NCBI GenBank assembly: GCA_050736975.1
Contig: JBOHXL010000016.1
Location: forward strand, 2,208-66,207
DNA from: Chthoniobacterales bacterium
Lineage (GTDB): Bacteria > Verrucomicrobiota > Verrucomicrobiia > Chthoniobacterales > UBA10450
Reading direction: 5' to 3'
Length of the DNA: 64,000 nucleotides
In this document: positions 63,161-64,000 of the stretch, in pieces
How the letters are laid out: every line of letters starts with the position of its first letter
How positions within the stretch are numbered: position 1 is the first letter of the stretch
Translations under genes and position numbers: made by a program
The notes under the pieces: model-generated
Database searches by the model: none
What the model was told of the DNA's origin: nothing
The model's input: the letters and a program-made list of their open reading frames with translations, nothing else

Positions 63161-64000
63161 GCGTATCCCGAAAGATGTATTCGTTTTTCCGATTGTTAAA
63201 ACGGTGTTCAAGTTCGTCCAGATAGGCGTCCAGATGCTTGATGCTCACACGATGATAGGAACCGATGATGGAGCGTTTCAAGAGGCTCCAGACGCTCTCG
63301 ATGCCGTTAGTGTGAACGTCACCCACAACCCATTCGTCGATGGAGTGATTAACAGTCTCGTGCCGCGTGTCAGCGTCAGCAATGCCGAGGTAAGCGGGAA
63401 GCTGGTCGGTGTAGATCGCTTCCGTGTCCGGCGCGGTGTTGTCGTGAATGAACTTGTGCAAGGTGGCTTTGTCCGCGTGAGTGATAACTTGCAACCGAAT
63501 CTTGCCCGCGCGTTGCACGGCCCCGATGGCAATGGCTTTGTTCCCCTTGTAGCCGTGCCCGAATCCGCGAGTCTTGCCGCCAACATAGGTTTCGTCTACC
63601 TCCACCACCCCGCGCAGAAGCTCAGCGTTGATCTCGCGCATGGCGGCTCGGATACGATGACAAAGATACCACGCCGTCTCGTAAGAAATATCCAGCGTCC
63701 GCTTGATCTGAAGCGCGCTCATTCCCTTCTTGGATTCGGTCATGAAGTAGATCGCCAAAAACCATTTCGACAGGGGAAGGTGGGTATCATGAAAGATCGT
63801 CCCGCTCGTAACCGAAAACTGGTAGCGGCAAGCGTTACAATCGTATTGGTCGCGTTCAATCACCTGCGAGACGCTTTTAGACTGGCAGCGCGGGCAGGCG
63901 ACGCCATCTGGCCAACGAAGGCTCACAAGACGCTCCCGGCATTTGTCATCGCTCCCAAACTCTGCGATAAGTTTTGGAAGGTTCATTTCAGCTTTGAAGG
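63060..64000 (-). mobile_element. IS1595-family insertion sequence; ends not resolved and the right end is probably beyond the window
   Basis: Only 14 nt follow the transposase start before the window ends, and the terminal inverted repeats could not be identified. The left boundary is estimated from the composition change near 63.06-63.10 kb. Confidence 0.6.
63102..63986 (-). CDS. IS1595-family transposase
   Basis: 294 aa. N-terminal zinc ribbon (RWPDGVACPRCQS...YDCNACRYQFSVTSGTIFH..KLPL.KWF.AIY) and a DDE domain (VEVDETYVGG...YTDQLPAY...HETVNH) are characteristic of IS1595/ISXO2-like transposases. Confidence 0.9.
   Translation of the reverse strand: MNLPKLIAEFGSDDKCRERLVSLRWPDGVACPRCQSKSVSQVIERDQYDCNACRYQFSVTSGTIFHDTHLPLSKWFLAIYFMTESKKGMSALQIKRTLDISYETAWYLCHRIRAAMREINAELLRGVVEVDETYVGGKTRGFGHGYKGNKAIAIGAVQRAGKIRLQVITHADKATLHKFIHDNTAPDTEAIYTDQLPAYLGIADADTRHETVNHSIDEWVVGDVHTNGIESVWSLLKRSIIGSYHRVSIKHLDAYLDELEHRFNNRKNEYIFRDTLTKLVKAAKLPYQELTKAA

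Noticed and set aside
1-64000. CRISPR arrays, rRNA operons, additional tRNAs, prophage structural genes, toxin-antitoxin pairs and restriction-modification genes.
   Set aside because: I saw no regularly spaced direct repeats, no rRNA-like conserved stretches and no second T-arm/acceptor pattern. No translations resemble Cas proteins, capsid or terminase proteins, methyltransferases or restriction enzymes.

Overview
GC-rich (by eye about 60%) bacterial chromosomal window. It is densely packed with housekeeping genes and includes the replication-origin neighbourhood (dnaA-dnaN, with a candidate oriC near 51.9-52.1 kb). The GloVer-type repeat fragment, the autotransporter-associated beta-strand repeat protein and the overall gene content suggest a Verrucomicrobiota-like organism. 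That assignment is inference only. I call about 65 protein genes, including der, holB, tmk, phoU, glgX, mrdA, uvrC, folD, ubiX, xylB, bioF, mtnP, miaB, dnaN, dnaA, def, exbBD/tonB, a 3-hydroxyanthranilate dioxygenase/ACMSD pair and a CbiX/DR2241 cluster, plus one tRNA-Leu(UAA). No rRNA genes or CRISPR arrays were seen. Four things go beyond ordinary annotation. (1) A non-palindromic 8/9-mer, SCCTAACGA (reverse complement TCGTTAGGS), occurs 36 times exactly, against a zero-order expectation of 1-2. It appears in both orientations, in all reading frames and in intergenic DNA, and it is absent from the AT-richer terminal island. This looks like a DNA-level signal comparable to an uptake sequence or HIP1, and I do not recognise it as a described motif. 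(2) A MITE/REP-like intergenic repeat family has terminal inverted repeats CTGTAGCCG/CGGCTACAG and an internal CCCACAGGG hairpin whose stem shows compensatory substitutions between copies. (3) An AT-richer accessory island from about 60.66 kb to the window end carries a ParB/Srx-like (GGQHR motif) protein, two uncharacterised membrane proteins and an IS1595-family transposase. (4) There are several unusual fusions and gene pairs: cpYpsA/SLOG-GT2 next to NAD-branch genes, PHP-GT4 with DUF2334, a MoaD-like GG protein coupled to a BNR beta-propeller, and HPF with a host-attachment-family protein. All functional calls rest on reading the supplied translations. No database search was run.
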